Below are positions 19,501-30,001 of a DNA stretch of 64,000 nt, in pieces. The notes beneath the pieces were generated by a model that was not told the DNA's origin, made no database searches, and saw only the letters and a program-made list of their open reading frames with translations. Every line of letters begins with the position of its first letter. The first letter of the stretch is position 1. The DNA comes from Promethearchaeati archaeon SRVP18_Atabeyarchaeia-1 (GTDB lineage Archaea; Asgardarchaeota; Atabeyarchaeia; Atabeyarchaeales; Atabeyarchaeaceae): positions 192,001-256,000 of the forward strand of contig CP147779.1 of NCBI GenBank assembly GCA_037308085.1. The letters run 5' to 3'. The position numbers and the translations under genes were made by a program.

Positions 19501-21039
19501 ATGAGTTCCTTGGAATTGTCACCACATGGATTGACGTTGGAGAATGTCGTTGACGTTGCTCGCAACTACTTGAGTGTCAGCCTGTCCATAGAGCTTCTGG
19601 AAAAGGTGAAGAAATCTCTGGCGGTAATTGAGAAGGCGGTGTCCGAGGAGAAGACCGTGTACGGAGTTACAACAGGCTTTGGAGCTCTAAGTGACAAGAT
19701 TATTCCGAAGGGAGATGCTGAGAAGTTACAGGTGAATCTCCTACTCAGTCACTCCGCGGGAGTCGGCGAACCACTTGACAGAGAGACGGTCAGGGCGCTT
19801 ATGCTCTTGCGTGCGAATACCCTCGCAAGAGGATACTCGGGTGTCTCCCCCAACACTATTGAGCTTATTATTAAGATGTTGAACAGACGCCTGCACCCAG
19901 TGGTTCCTCGGAAGGGTTCTGTTGGAGCAAGCGGCGATCTTGCTCCATTGGCGCACGTTGCCGCGACAATGATTGGAGAAGGCAAGGTAGAGTACCAAGG
20001 GAAGATTATGCCCTCTCGTGAAGGACTAAAGCTAGCACATCTGAACCCGATTAGGCTTGGCCCTAAGGAGGGGTTAGCGCTGATCAATGGGTCGCAGTTG
20101 GTCACTGCAATTGGTTCGCTTGCAGTCCATGACTCAGAAAACCTCCTAAAAGCGTCTCAGATAGCTACAGCTCTGTCTCTGGAGGCATTGAATGGGAGGC
20201 TAGACGCGTTTGACAGGAGAATCCACATGGTCAGACCTCATAGTGGTCAGATCGCTGTCGCTGCTAACATAATGAGTATTGTCAAGGGAAGTCGGATACT
20301 CGCAGATCCCACAGGTAAGAGAGTTCAAGACGCCTATTCTCTGAGGTGTTCTCCTCAGGTCATTGGCGCCTCCAAGGATGCGATCGATTATGCGAGGAAG
20401 GTGATTGAGGTGGAAATTAACTCCGCAACAGACAATCCGCTTGTTTTCGCGGAAGACGGTGAGGTATTGTCTGGCGGTAATTTCCATGGTCAGCCGTTGG
20501 CAATCGCCATGGATCTTCTCGCCATTGCGCTGTGCAACATTGGCAACATATGTGAGAGGAGAATCGCGAGACTGACAGATGAGAGACTGAGTGAAGGTCT
20601 GCCCGCATTTCTGCTTAAGAAGCAAGGTGAAGAAGGATTGAGTAGCGGTTTCATGATCGCGCAGTGCACTGCCGCTTCCTTGGCGGCAGAGAATAGATCT
20701 CTGTCTAGCCCAGCGAGCGTGAACTCGATTCCCACAAGCGCTAATCAAGAAGATCACGTCAGCATGGGGCTGACTGCGGCGACAAAAGCTAGAGAAGTCC
20801 TCAGGAACGATGAATACATTGTTGCGATTGAACTTCTGTGCGCGGCGCAGGGGCTTGAATTCAGGGGAGTTGGGAACTCGGGTCTGGGAACGTCGGAAGC
20901 TTACCGCGCCATAAGGAAGACTGCACCAAGTCTTGACGCAGATGCCGAACTAAGTCCGCTCATCGAAGCTGCAACTAGCTTAGTTCGTAAAGGCGAATTG
21001 GTTGAGTTAGTTGAGAAGAAGACCGGCAACCTCAAGTAG
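19501..21039 (+). CDS. hutH: Histidine ammonia-lyase
   Basis: YGVTTGFG, LSHSAGVG, MIO motif GSVGASGDLAPL, VQDAYSLRC, GGNFHG, NQEDHVSMG. Confidence 0.97.
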   Translation: MSSLELSPHGLTLENVVDVARNYLSVSLSIELLEKVKKSLAVIEKAVSEEKTVYGVTTGFGALSDKIIPKGDAEKLQVNLLLSHSAGVGEPLDRETVRALMLLRANTLARGYSGVSPNTIELIIKMLNRRLHPVVPRKGSVGASGDLAPLAHVAATMIGEGKVEYQGKIMPSREGLKLAHLNPIRLGPKEGLALINGSQLVTAIGSLAVHDSENLLKASQIATALSLEALNGRLDAFDRRIHMVRPHSGQIAVAANIMSIVKGSRILADPTGKRVQDAYSLRCSPQVIGASKDAIDYARKVIEVEINSATDNPLVFAEDGEVLSGGNFHGQPLAIAMDLLAIALCNIGNICERRIARLTDERLSEGLPAFLLKKQGEEGLSSGFMIAQCTAASLAAENRSLSSPASVNSIPTSANQEDHVSMGLTAATKAREVLRNDEYIVAIELLCAAQGLEFRGVGNSGLGTSEAYRAIRKTAPSLDADAELSPLIEAATSLVRKGELVELVEKKTGNLK

Positions 21040-21107
21040 CTCATTTGGGTTTGACGTTGCTGATTCCTGTTGGCTCGCGACGGCCTTAGGTCTCAAGAGA
21101 AGCTTCC

Positions 21108-22379
21108 CTAGTTTATTCTTCTGCCATTTTCTGCTACCAATCTGCCCTTCTTGAAGACTTTTTCCGCCAAGTTGACGCCGTAGTGGTATGAGAAGTATTT
21201 GTGATTGGGAGCGTTGAATATCACTATGTCCGCGTTCTTTCCCTCTTCCAGACTTCCCGTTACATGAGCCCGCTCAATTGAGTGGGCGGCATTTATTGTC
21301 GACGCTACTAGCGCCTCTTCCGTCGTCATTTTCATCTGCAGGATTGCGATGGTCATCATCATTTGCATTGACTCACACATGTCTGCCGCGCTCAGGTCCG
21401 TTCCCAATGCGATAGGTAATCCTCTGTTTATGATGTCTCTTGCCTTTGCGTATGTGCCCAAGTAGCAGAAGGGAGTGGTCGGCAAGAAAGTTCCAATTGC
21501 GCCTTTCTTCACCAAGGCTTCAATTTCGTCCGTTGGCGTGTATATTAGGTGGTCGGCAGAGATGACTCCTAGCTCCGCTCCCAGCCTTGCTCCTCCACTG
21601 TGCGCAAGCCAGTCGGCATGTATTCTCGGCCTCATGCCGTATTTTCTGCCGGTTGCCAGTATCTGTCTAGACTGGTCAACGTTGAAGTATCCCTTCTCAC
21701 AGAACACGTCACAGTATTCAGCGAGTCTTCTTTTCGCAACTTCTGGAATCCATTTCTCCACAATTTCCTCGGTCAGTTGATCAACCTTGTTCTCATATTC
21801 GACGGGGATTCCCTGAGCCATGAAGGTCGGAACTATCTCGATTGGATGGGTCTTCCCGAGGGTCTTGATTATTTCCATTTGCCTAATTTCGCCTTTGAAT
21901 GTCATTTCGTATCCGCTTTTGGCCTCTATTGTCGTCGTGCCATGAATAAGCATTGTATCAAGTATCTGGGTAGTTCGTTTAAGCAGTTCTTCTGTAGATG
22001 CCTCGCTTGTCATTCTCAGGGTTGTTGGCATTCCTCCTCCTTTTGCTTTGATTTCGAGATATGGAACGCCTTTTACGGCCATTGTCTCAAGTTCTTCTTC
22101 TCTTGAACCAGCAAAGATTAGATGAACGTGTGGATCGATGAGTCCAGGTGCGACGAGTCTGCCACCTGCGTCGATTACTTCGAATCCTTTTTCAAGCTTG
22201 TCAAGGACCTCTTTCGTGGTCCCGACGGCGACGATTTTTCCGTATTTGGCTGCGACCGCCCCGTCTTTTATGGCGCCGAGATCATTCATTTGTTCCCTGA
22301 TTTGAGGCTTGCCACTTTTCCCCTTTAGAGTCACCAGTTCATTTGCATTAATTATCGCGAAATCGGCTTCTACTGCCAT
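21108..22379 (-). CDS. hutI: Imidazolonepropionase
   Basis: PGLIDPHVHLIFAGSR, HGTTTIEAKSGY, CDVFCEKGYF, HAD, SADHL, ALGTD. Confidence 0.95.
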   Translation of the reverse strand: MAVEADFAIINANELVTLKGKSGKPQIREQMNDLGAIKDGAVAAKYGKIVAVGTTKEVLDKLEKGFEVIDAGGRLVAPGLIDPHVHLIFAGSREEELETMAVKGVPYLEIKAKGGGMPTTLRMTSEASTEELLKRTTQILDTMLIHGTTTIEAKSGYEMTFKGEIRQMEIIKTLGKTHPIEIVPTFMAQGIPVEYENKVDQLTEEIVEKWIPEVAKRRLAEYCDVFCEKGYFNVDQSRQILATGRKYGMRPRIHADWLAHSGGARLGAELGVISADHLIYTPTDEIEALVKKGAIGTFLPTTPFCYLGTYAKARDIINRGLPIALGTDLSAADMCESMQMMMTIAILQMKMTTEEALVASTINAAHSIERAHVTGSLEEGKNADIVIFNAPNHKYFSYHYGVNLAEKVFKKGRLVAENGRRIN

Positions 22380-22404
22380 GTTTCGTCCCCTTTCTGCAGT
22401 GTGG

Positions 22405-23733
22405 CTATACGTCTAGATACTTCTTTCTCTCCCATTCATGCACTGTGAAGCTGAACTCTCTCCACTCTTTGGACTTGAGTTGGAGGAATTTCTCGCAGAA
22501 TGGGTGACCTAAGGCGTCTTGTATGATGCTGTCCTTGGAGAACTCGTTTAGTGCTTCTCCCAAGTTCCCCGGAAGCACACCTATGCCTTTTTCGGTTCTT
22601 TGTTTTTCGCTCATCTCGTAGATATCTTCTTCCACGGGTTCCGGGAGCTCCATTTTCCTTTTGATGCCATCTAATCCGGCGGCTAGAATGCCAGCAAATG
22701 CAACGTAGAAATTGCATGATCCGTCCGTTGGTCTGTATTCTATCCTAGTTCTCATCTCCTTTCCTGGCGGAACTCTCACAAGAACCGAACGGTTGTACTT
22801 CGCCCATGAAAGATATACTGGGGCTTCCCAGCCTGGAACAAGTCTCTTGTAGGAGTTGACCGAAGAGCTAGTTAGGGCTACCAACCCCTTTGCATGGGCT
22901 AGAATGCCGGCTATAAAGTTTAAGGCCGTCTCGCTCAGACCATAGCTTCCTCTTGAATCATAGAACATGTTCTCGGGCTTTTGTTCGTCTATCAGGCTCA
23001 CATGTGTGTGCAGTCCGCATCCGTACCCGTCATGGAAAGGCTTGGGCATGAAAGAAGCGACAAGCCCTTTCCTTGCAGCAGTCATTTTTACGATGAATTT
23101 TACCAAGTAGATGATGTCAGCCATTTTCAACGCATCGGTGTAGACCAAGTTCAACTCGTATTTTCCGGGCGGAACCTCGTGATGATGTTTCTCAACTGTG
23201 ATGCCGATATTTCTGAGGTTCTCGGTGATTTCGAGCCTCACATCGATTCCAAGATCTGCTGGGGGACTAGCCAAATATCCCCCTTCATCATATCGCTTGA
23301 TGTTGCCATCTTCAGTCTTCTTGAATAGGAAGTATTCTATCTCGCTACACGCGTTATACTTAACAGAATCTCCGAGGGTTTTCTCGGAATCATCCATGAC
23401 TCTCCTAAGCACAAACCTAGGGTCAACCTCAAAAGGCCTGTCGGATTCAGGCTCGTAAATGTCACAAACCACTCTCGCCATTCTCTGAGCGAAAATGGTG
23501 GGTGGCAGTACAGTAAATGTATCCGCATCTGGCATCAGCTTCAAATCACTTTCACTTATTTCCACCATGCCGACAGACGAACCATCCACGTGTATGCCCT
23601 CTTCAGCCACCTTCGAAAACAGCTCAGAGGGTACCCAAAGAGAATGCAGGATGCCAGACAGATCTGTGAACTGCAATGCTATCTCTTTCACTTTTTCTTC
23701 CTTGATTGTCTTTGCAATTTCGGATGCGTTCAT
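22405..23733 (-). CDS. glnA: Glutamine synthetase family protein (type I)
   Basis: LQFTDLSG, VDGSSV, HHHEVPPGKYE, FMPKPF, NSYKRLVPGWEAP, RIEYR. Confidence 0.88.
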   Translation of the reverse strand: MNASEIAKTIKEEKVKEIALQFTDLSGILHSLWVPSELFSKVAEEGIHVDGSSVGMVEISESDLKLMPDADTFTVLPPTIFAQRMARVVCDIYEPESDRPFEVDPRFVLRRVMDDSEKTLGDSVKYNACSEIEYFLFKKTEDGNIKRYDEGGYLASPPADLGIDVRLEITENLRNIGITVEKHHHEVPPGKYELNLVYTDALKMADIIYLVKFIVKMTAARKGLVASFMPKPFHDGYGCGLHTHVSLIDEQKPENMFYDSRGSYGLSETALNFIAGILAHAKGLVALTSSSVNSYKRLVPGWEAPVYLSWAKYNRSVLVRVPPGKEMRTRIEYRPTDGSCNFYVAFAGILAAGLDGIKRKMELPEPVEEDIYEMSEKQRTEKGIGVLPGNLGEALNEFSKDSIIQDALGHPFCEKFLQLKSKEWREFSFTVHEWERKKYLDV

Positions 23734-23881
23734 ACTTATCCCTCAGTGAACATCGCTTCCAGTTCTTCTTATATTGTTTTCTTTGAAGGGGAAGCAGCTA
23801 GGAGCAAGTTCTATAAATGTTTGGCGATGAGACTTATATCAGCGGGTATTGGCGATTCATAGAGGATTGTGAGACTATAAA

Positions 23882-24781
23882 ATGGGTTTCATGGTAAACG
23901 GGGTTCCGATCGATGATACCTTCTGTGAAACTTTTACGGTACGTGTCGCTAGAATACTTGTTACATCTGTAAACAGAAAATGGGCGCTAGAATCAGCCCT
24001 AGAGACCAAAGGTCTCGGCAGATCCGCCACCATTCCGCCTTCAGAGGCGTCAATAGAAGCTGAAGCCCAGCCAAAAGAGACTCCTGATGGTAGACCAGGC
24101 TTCATAATTCAGTTTCTCGACAGGAAGTACGAGCCACTGAGAGAATGGTTCATAGTCAGGATTAGGAAGGGGATACTGCCATACCCTAAGACTAGTGTGT
24201 TTGATGCTCTGCCGCCACAGATGGCTGAAGAATCTGTCGGAATTAGGGGAACAATGATACAGACCTTCGGAGACGGATTCGAGGAGGAGACCGAAGCTTT
24301 CGGAAAGGAAGTTTTCAAAATACCCAGGATGGACGGGTATTTCCATGTTCAGAAGGAATTCGGAATCGCGAAAGGCGTTGCTGGCGGCATGTTCCTGATT
24401 CTTGGAAAGTCGGATGAGGCAGCGCTAGAAGCCGCTGAACAGGCGGTTGATGCCACGAAATCGGTTCCCTATGTGGTAGGTAAGTTCGCCGCTTCTGGAA
24501 CCAAAGTTGGTGGAAAGAACTACAAGGATGCGATAGCCACCACCAACGACGAATACTGCCCAAGCCTATCGAGTAGAGAAGGGAGTAGAATTTCCGGGGA
24601 CGTGAAATGCGTTTACGAAGTCATAGTTAGCGGACTGAGGCTGGAGAATGTAGTCAGAGCAATGAAAACCGGTATAGACAGCGCCACAAAAGTGCGTGGA
24701 GTCCTCAACATTACCGCTTCAAACTACGGGGGAACACTGGGCAAAGGAAAGATTCACCTTCGCAGCCTTTTTCAGTCGTGA
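23882..24781 (+). CDS. ftr: Formylmethanofuran:tetrahydromethanopterin formyltransferase-like protein (divergent)
   Basis: NGVPIDDTFCETF, ETPDGRPG, FGDGFE, KGVAGG, ASGTKVG, ATTNDEYCP, ITASNYGGTLGK. Confidence 0.85.
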   Translation: MGFMVNGVPIDDTFCETFTVRVARILVTSVNRKWALESALETKGLGRSATIPPSEASIEAEAQPKETPDGRPGFIIQFLDRKYEPLREWFIVRIRKGILPYPKTSVFDALPPQMAEESVGIRGTMIQTFGDGFEEETEAFGKEVFKIPRMDGYFHVQKEFGIAKGVAGGMFLILGKSDEAALEAAEQAVDATKSVPYVVGKFAASGTKVGGKNYKDAIATTNDEYCPSLSSREGSRISGDVKCVYEVIVSGLRLENVVRAMKTGIDSATKVRGVLNITASNYGGTLGKGKIHLRSLFQS

Positions 24782-25056
24782 GAAAGCGCGGAGGCTAGAG
24801 CAAAGCAACATTCCACCACCCTCTTTCCTACCTGCCCGCAGAGATCTCCAAGGAGCTCTTGTCTGGGTCGACCCTGAAGCCTTGGACATCGAGGAAAGCA
24901 GATCTCCCTGTTACCCTCAGGGTTTGCCCTCGCCTTCTCAAAGCATTGACCTTTGCATGGACACTGCTTTGGCTTTAAATATCGAGCCGGGGAACAGATT
25001 CCCAGCCTTAAAGTTAGGTACAAGGACAGGACTCTGGTAGTGGAGAAGGAGCTAAC

Positions 25057-25335
25057 ATGATTGGAACAAGCTTGTCAGAGGAGCTCGAGAAGAAGCAAGT
25101 AGATGTATGTGGTTCATACTCCAGCATGGATCCGCTTAGCGCGCGTGACAGGCTAAGAGCTATAAAAGAGGAGTTCACGTCAGTGGCCAAGGATTGCCCG
25201 TACTACAATGAAAAGGTCAGGTCGAGGTGTCTCGTCGACCCACACGTCATATTCATGCCCGAATGCACTGGAAGAAGCTTTGCCAACGGAATTTGCTGCC
25301 CCAAGATACTCCAGCCACCGGCTGACAGAAAGTAA
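25057..25335 (+). CDS. Small Cys-rich hypothetical protein
   Basis: 92-aa ORF with an AAGGAG RBS and six Cys (CPYY...C...C...CC). Confidence 0.55.
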   Translation: MIGTSLSEELEKKQVDVCGSYSSMDPLSARDRLRAIKEEFTSVAKDCPYYNEKVRSRCLVDPHVIFMPECTGRSFANGICCPKILQPPADRK

Positions 25336-25639
25336 GCAACACAGAAGCCAAAACAAATCTATTGACAGGGTTCAGATCTACGCGGACATGTGTAGACATG
25401 CAGAAAGGTAACTGCGTATGACCACTTAAGGCGGGATTGCTTCCCACGGCGTAGTCTGGTCATTTAGAAACTCTGGCATCAAACTCTGGAGCGCGTTTAT
25501 TGTGAGGCTTCATTCACCGACGCGTTTCAGCGTCTTTTTCTTATTAAACCTTATATAAGACGGACAGTCAATCCTTTATTATTCAGCCATTTAGGCCCCC
25601 TCTGTTTTAGCGAAAGTTGCCTATCGAGGTAGACTTGGC

Positions 25640-26782
25640 TTGCCTTCCCCTAACGATCGAATCTCACAATCCTTGCTCGATGACTTGGACTACATATCCA
25701 AGATCGACGCCCACAAGATGCGGACAATAATGCTAAGCTACCCTGAGTCCAGCCTCGAAGCATTTGACTTGGCTGAAGACTTGGAGCTTCCCTCAAGGAT
25801 CTCACCGCCTCCGAGGAACATTGTCTTCCTAGGTATGGGCGGTTCATCTATCGGAGGAAGTTTGATACGATCTTGGGCCAGCGAGCAGTCAAAGATTCCA
25901 ATTGCGCTCTGCCAGGACTATCATCTGCCAAACTTTGTCGATAGATATTCATTCGTTGTAGCTATAAGTTACTCCGGGAATACTGAAGAAACGCTCTCGG
26001 CTTTCATTGAAGCTGTCCAAAGAGGGTGTACCGTGGTCTCGGTCGCTTCTGGCGGGAAGTTGATGGAGTTCTCTGACGAACTCAATGTCCCATGTGTCAG
26101 GGTTCCCCCCGGTCTTCCCCCACGCGGAGCGCTACCTTACTTGTTCATGCCGCTTCTTTCACTCGTGAGCAGAGCAGGTATATATGTAGATCAGAAAGAG
26201 AGAGACGAGTCCGCGGAAATTCTCAGGGATCTGAGAACCGAGTTGAGGCCTGAGAGTAACTTCGAGAGTAACAGGGCAAAGAAGGTTGCCTTTGACTTAT
26301 TTGGTTTCATACCTGTAGTCTATGGATGGGGCAGATACGTTCCAGTTGCTCAGAGAATAAAGACCCAGTTCAACGAGAACTCAAAGATACCTGCATTCTG
26401 GTCAACGCTGCCAGAAGGGGACCACAACGACGTGATCGGCTGGGACGGAGACAAGGAAGCCTCGAAGAAGTTCTGCGCCATAATTGTAAGGGAGCCTCAA
26501 GAGCCCGAAGAGATCTGGAATAGAATCGAATCCACCAAGAGAGTGGTACTGGCTGATAGTCTGGGGAAGGTACTTGAGTTGAAGGCTACTGGGCAAACTG
26601 CTTTGGCGAGGATATTCTCCGTATTATATCTCGGAGACTTTACAAGCCTATACATGGCGGTACTGAGGGGAGTGGATCCGACGCCCGTAAAGGTAATTGA
26701 CAGGCTTAAGATAGAAATGGCAGGCAACCTAAGCATAATCAACTTTCTGGAGAACAAGGTAAAGAAGATGAAGAGTGGATGA
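25640..26782 (+). CDS. pgi: Bifunctional phosphoglucose/phosphomannose isomerase
   Basis: GMGGSSIGG, SYSGNTEETL, KTQFNENSK, PEGDHND, RGVDPTPV. Confidence 0.93.
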   Translation: MPSPNDRISQSLLDDLDYISKIDAHKMRTIMLSYPESSLEAFDLAEDLELPSRISPPPRNIVFLGMGGSSIGGSLIRSWASEQSKIPIALCQDYHLPNFVDRYSFVVAISYSGNTEETLSAFIEAVQRGCTVVSVASGGKLMEFSDELNVPCVRVPPGLPPRGALPYLFMPLLSLVSRAGIYVDQKERDESAEILRDLRTELRPESNFESNRAKKVAFDLFGFIPVVYGWGRYVPVAQRIKTQFNENSKIPAFWSTLPEGDHNDVIGWDGDKEASKKFCAIIVREPQEPEEIWNRIESTKRVVLADSLGKVLELKATGQTALARIFSVLYLGDFTSLYMAVLRGVDPTPVKVIDRLKIEMAGNLSIINFLENKVKKMKSG

Positions 26783-26803
26783 CGGATCCAATGCCTTGCC
26801 CAT

Positions 26804-27757
26804 CTAGCGCGGATAACTCAGTCCAGATCTCGGTTGATTCATCCCTTTCTTCTGAAGAGACCAGACGAGGTTCCTGGTGTTGTGGCAAAGACCATGGTTG
26901 TAGTTCTTATCAACAACAATTATCCCCATGTCCAACCCGCCTTGCCTAGTGTTCACCAAGTCAATAGACTGCTTTGCTGATTCCTGGGCCGAGAGTCCTT
27001 TTCTCACGTACTCGCATGCAGTTTTGCCTAAGCACAGTCTGACGGCAACTTCACCGATGCCAGTACATGACGCCCCTGAGTTCTCATCTGCATAGTTGCC
27101 AGCGCCTATGATCGGAGTATCACCAACTCTGCCAGGAAGCTTCAGCATTATGCCTCCAGTTGAGGTTGCGGCAGCGATATTCCTACTAGCATCTACTGCG
27201 ATTGCACCGACTGTTTCGCCCAAGTCGGGATATAGCTTTATGAGGTTCATTGTTTTTTGAAGATATTTGACCTCGCCTTTCTCAAACTTCGTCTTGGCTT
27301 CCTTCCACATCTCAACGCGCTCATCTGTCCTTGGGTCACATTTTTCCAGCCCAAACCTATCAGCCATTTTCTCAGCTGAGACGCCAACAACTAGTACGTG
27401 ATCTGTTTTTTCCATTATTGCTCTTGCCAATGAGACTGGGTGCCGAACATTTGAGATCATGGCGACGGCACCGCAGTTTAGCGTCTTGCCGTCGGAGATT
27501 GAGGCATCCATCTCGATTGTACCTTTCATTGTCAGTACTGAACCTGTCCCCGCATTGAATGACGGATTATCTTCCATTATTCTCACACATTCTTCGACTG
27601 CGTCAAGGGCAGATCCATCCGATGAAAGCTTAGAGAAGCCTCCAGTAACAGCTTCCCTGACTCCCTTCTCCACGATTCTCTCTCTTTCGGTTCTGACTTC
27701 TCCCGCTCCGCCGTGAGCGATTATTACGTAATTTCCTGAACGCACATCAACCACCAA
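26804..27757 (-). CDS. Isoaspartyl peptidase / L-asparaginase (Ntn hydrolase)
   Basis: HGGAG, FNAGTGS, EMDASI, E-TVGAIA cleavage site, ATSTGG, GRVGDTP. Confidence 0.93.
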   Translation of the reverse strand: MVVDVRSGNYVIIAHGGAGEVRTERERIVEKGVREAVTGGFSKLSSDGSALDAVEECVRIMEDNPSFNAGTGSVLTMKGTIEMDASISDGKTLNCGAVAMISNVRHPVSLARAIMEKTDHVLVVGVSAEKMADRFGLEKCDPRTDERVEMWKEAKTKFEKGEVKYLQKTMNLIKLYPDLGETVGAIAVDASRNIAAATSTGGIMLKLPGRVGDTPIIGAGNYADENSGASCTGIGEVAVRLCLGKTACEYVRKGLSAQESAKQSIDLVNTRQGGLDMGIIVVDKNYNHGLCHNTRNLVWSLQKKGMNQPRSGLSYPR

Positions 27758-28044
27758 ATCCGATCAGAAAAATGGTCGAATAATTAGTCTAAAGTAGAAT
27801 CCATTTTGCCTTTATATTTTGACATTTGCCAAACGAAGGCATACAACAAAAGCATCTTCGACCGATAAACCTACCAGATACATGTATTTATGAGTAATAG
27901 GTAATAACATCTGGAGAGAGAACGGAAAAATCTAAAGGAAGATATTCTAAGTTTCACTAGTACCAATCTTAGATTGCATTCATGAGGCTGGAGCCACACG
28001 TAAGTGTCTCCTCTTCTTGCCATGCAGAAATAGGTGTTCACCCC

Positions 28045-29832
28045 ATGCCCAGAGTTGTTATACTGAACAGAGATAGATGCGAGTCAAAAGACTGCGGCAC
28101 GCCCTGCATAAAATACTGCCCCCGAGTTAGAGCCGGGGATGAAACGATTGTAATGAATCCTGAAGAGGGATTTCCTTACATTGCTGAGAACCTCTGCTCT
28201 GGCGAGGGTATCTGCGTCAAGAAGTGTCCATTCGGAGCTCTCAAGGTGGTAAACACCCCGGAAACTGTCGAAGGTGAGTTGACTCACCGTTACGGACCAA
28301 ATATGTTTGAGCTCTATCGATTGCCTATTCCACGCCCTGGAAAGGTAACAGGATTGGTTGGACCTAACGGTGCTGGGAAAACCACTGCATTGAAAATTCT
28401 TGCTGGGGAGACCAAGCTGAACTTAGGAAGGTATGACACCCCCCCTGACTGGAATGAGATAACGAGGTTCTTCAGGGGCTCCGAGCTGCAAGCTTATTTC
28501 GAGAAGATGGAGGCAAAAAGGCTGAAGGTTGTTCACAAACCGCAATACATAACGAAGCTCCCCACGATCGTGAAGGGTGAAGTCAAAGAGCTCCTCGAAA
28601 GAGTAGACGCGAGAAGCGTGTCTGGTAAGCTCATCAGGGATCTGGGACTAACGGGCGTTCTCGAACGCGATGTCAGCGTCTTGTCCGGGGGAGAACTGCA
28701 GCGAGTAGCAGTTGCTGCAACGATTGAGCGAGACTCGGATGTCTATCTGTTTGATGAGCCTAGTAGCTACCTTGATGTCAAGGAACGCGTTGTTGTAGCC
28801 AAGACAATCCGCGAGCTGGCAACATTTGGTAAGATGGTAATCACGGTTGAACACGACTTGGCGATGCTTGACCTTCTCTCTGATTACGTCTGCATATTCT
28901 ATGGTGAGCCTGGAGCCTTTGGAGTAATTTCTCATCCGTATGGAGTCCGTGAGGGGATCAACGCGTACCTCGACGGCTACATCGCGGATGAGAATGTGAG
29001 AATTAGAACAGAATCAGTACGATTCGGCGTTCGCCCCGCGCCGACCGAAACCATGCAGGCTCAGGATGTTACCCTTGAATTCAGCCCAATGACAAAGAGA
29101 CTGGGAGACTTCATACTCCAAACGAACGGCGGTCAAATAAGGAAGGGAGAGACTGTCGGTATTCTGGGACCGAACGGCATAGGGAAGACAACCTTCGTGA
29201 AACTGCTTGCAGGCGTGATCGAGCCCGATGAAGGCTCACCACCTGCAGGCAAGCTGAAAGTATCATATAAACCACAGTATTTGACTGCAGACTTCTCTGG
29301 GACAGTAATGGAGTTACTGAGAGACGCGGCAGGAAAGAACTTCTCTGCAGGTGCTTTTGACTCTGAAATAATCGGCCCTCTTGAACTCAGACCTCTGCTT
29401 GATAGACCCGTAAAAGAACTCTCCGGTGGGGAGCTTCAGAAAGTGGCGATCGCCGCTGCGCTCTCGAGAGAAGCGGATCTATACCTCCTTGACGAGCCGA
29501 GTGCGTACATCGATGCAGAGTCAAGGCTCACAGTTGCGAAGATGATTCGAAGAACAGTGGAGAAACGAGGAGTTGCAGCATTTGTGGTCGAACACGACAT
29601 CATGATAGTGGATTGGATAAGTGACCGCTTGATGGTCTTTCTGGGAGAACCCAGCATAAGGGGAACGGCCTCACGACCAACGGACATGAGAACAGGAATG
29701 AATACCTTCCTGCATGAACTCGGCATTACATACAGGCGCGATATTCACTCAGGGAGACCAAGGGTGAACAAGGAAGACTCTCGGCTCGACGCTGAGCAAA
29801 AAGCGAAAGGTGAGTACTACTACGTTGCCTGA
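28045..29832 (+). CDS. rli: Ribosome recycling ATPase ABCE1/RLI
   Basis: N-terminal FeS Cys cluster; two NBDs (GPNGAGKT, GPNGIGKT, LSGGELQ); RPRVNK..S.LD.EQK..GEYYY. Confidence 0.97.
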   Translation: MPRVVILNRDRCESKDCGTPCIKYCPRVRAGDETIVMNPEEGFPYIAENLCSGEGICVKKCPFGALKVVNTPETVEGELTHRYGPNMFELYRLPIPRPGKVTGLVGPNGAGKTTALKILAGETKLNLGRYDTPPDWNEITRFFRGSELQAYFEKMEAKRLKVVHKPQYITKLPTIVKGEVKELLERVDARSVSGKLIRDLGLTGVLERDVSVLSGGELQRVAVAATIERDSDVYLFDEPSSYLDVKERVVVAKTIRELATFGKMVITVEHDLAMLDLLSDYVCIFYGEPGAFGVISHPYGVREGINAYLDGYIADENVRIRTESVRFGVRPAPTETMQAQDVTLEFSPMTKRLGDFILQTNGGQIRKGETVGILGPNGIGKTTFVKLLAGVIEPDEGSPPAGKLKVSYKPQYLTADFSGTVMELLRDAAGKNFSAGAFDSEIIGPLELRPLLDRPVKELSGGELQKVAIAAALSREADLYLLDEPSAYIDAESRLTVAKMIRRTVEKRGVAAFVVEHDIMIVDWISDRLMVFLGEPSIRGTASRPTDMRTGMNTFLHELGITYRRDIHSGRPRVNKEDSRLDAEQKAKGEYYYVA

Positions 29833-30001
29833 CTCATGATGTAGCTCCGATGGCAAGTAGGAGTGCTGTCTCAGTTTCTTGCCTCTTATTCAATTTTCCG
29901 TCGCGATCAACTGGTTTGCGCTTCTATGTTTCCATTTGACTTTGCTTCACAGCAAGAAAACATTAAATAAATCTAGTGGCTAAGGAGTAAACCAATACTT
30001 A

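Noticed and set aside
24850-24932. Minus-strand resemblance to a c-di-GMP-I riboswitch (AGGGCAAACC...CAAGGCTTCAGGGTC) or RNase P RNA
   Set aside because: The GNRA loop and spacing do not fit, there is no co-oriented gene directly downstream, and RNase P conserved regions are absent.
25350-25530. Hairpin series as a SECIS element
   Set aside because: No convincing AUGA/GA or GAA/A core, and the upstream ORF has no in-frame UGA.
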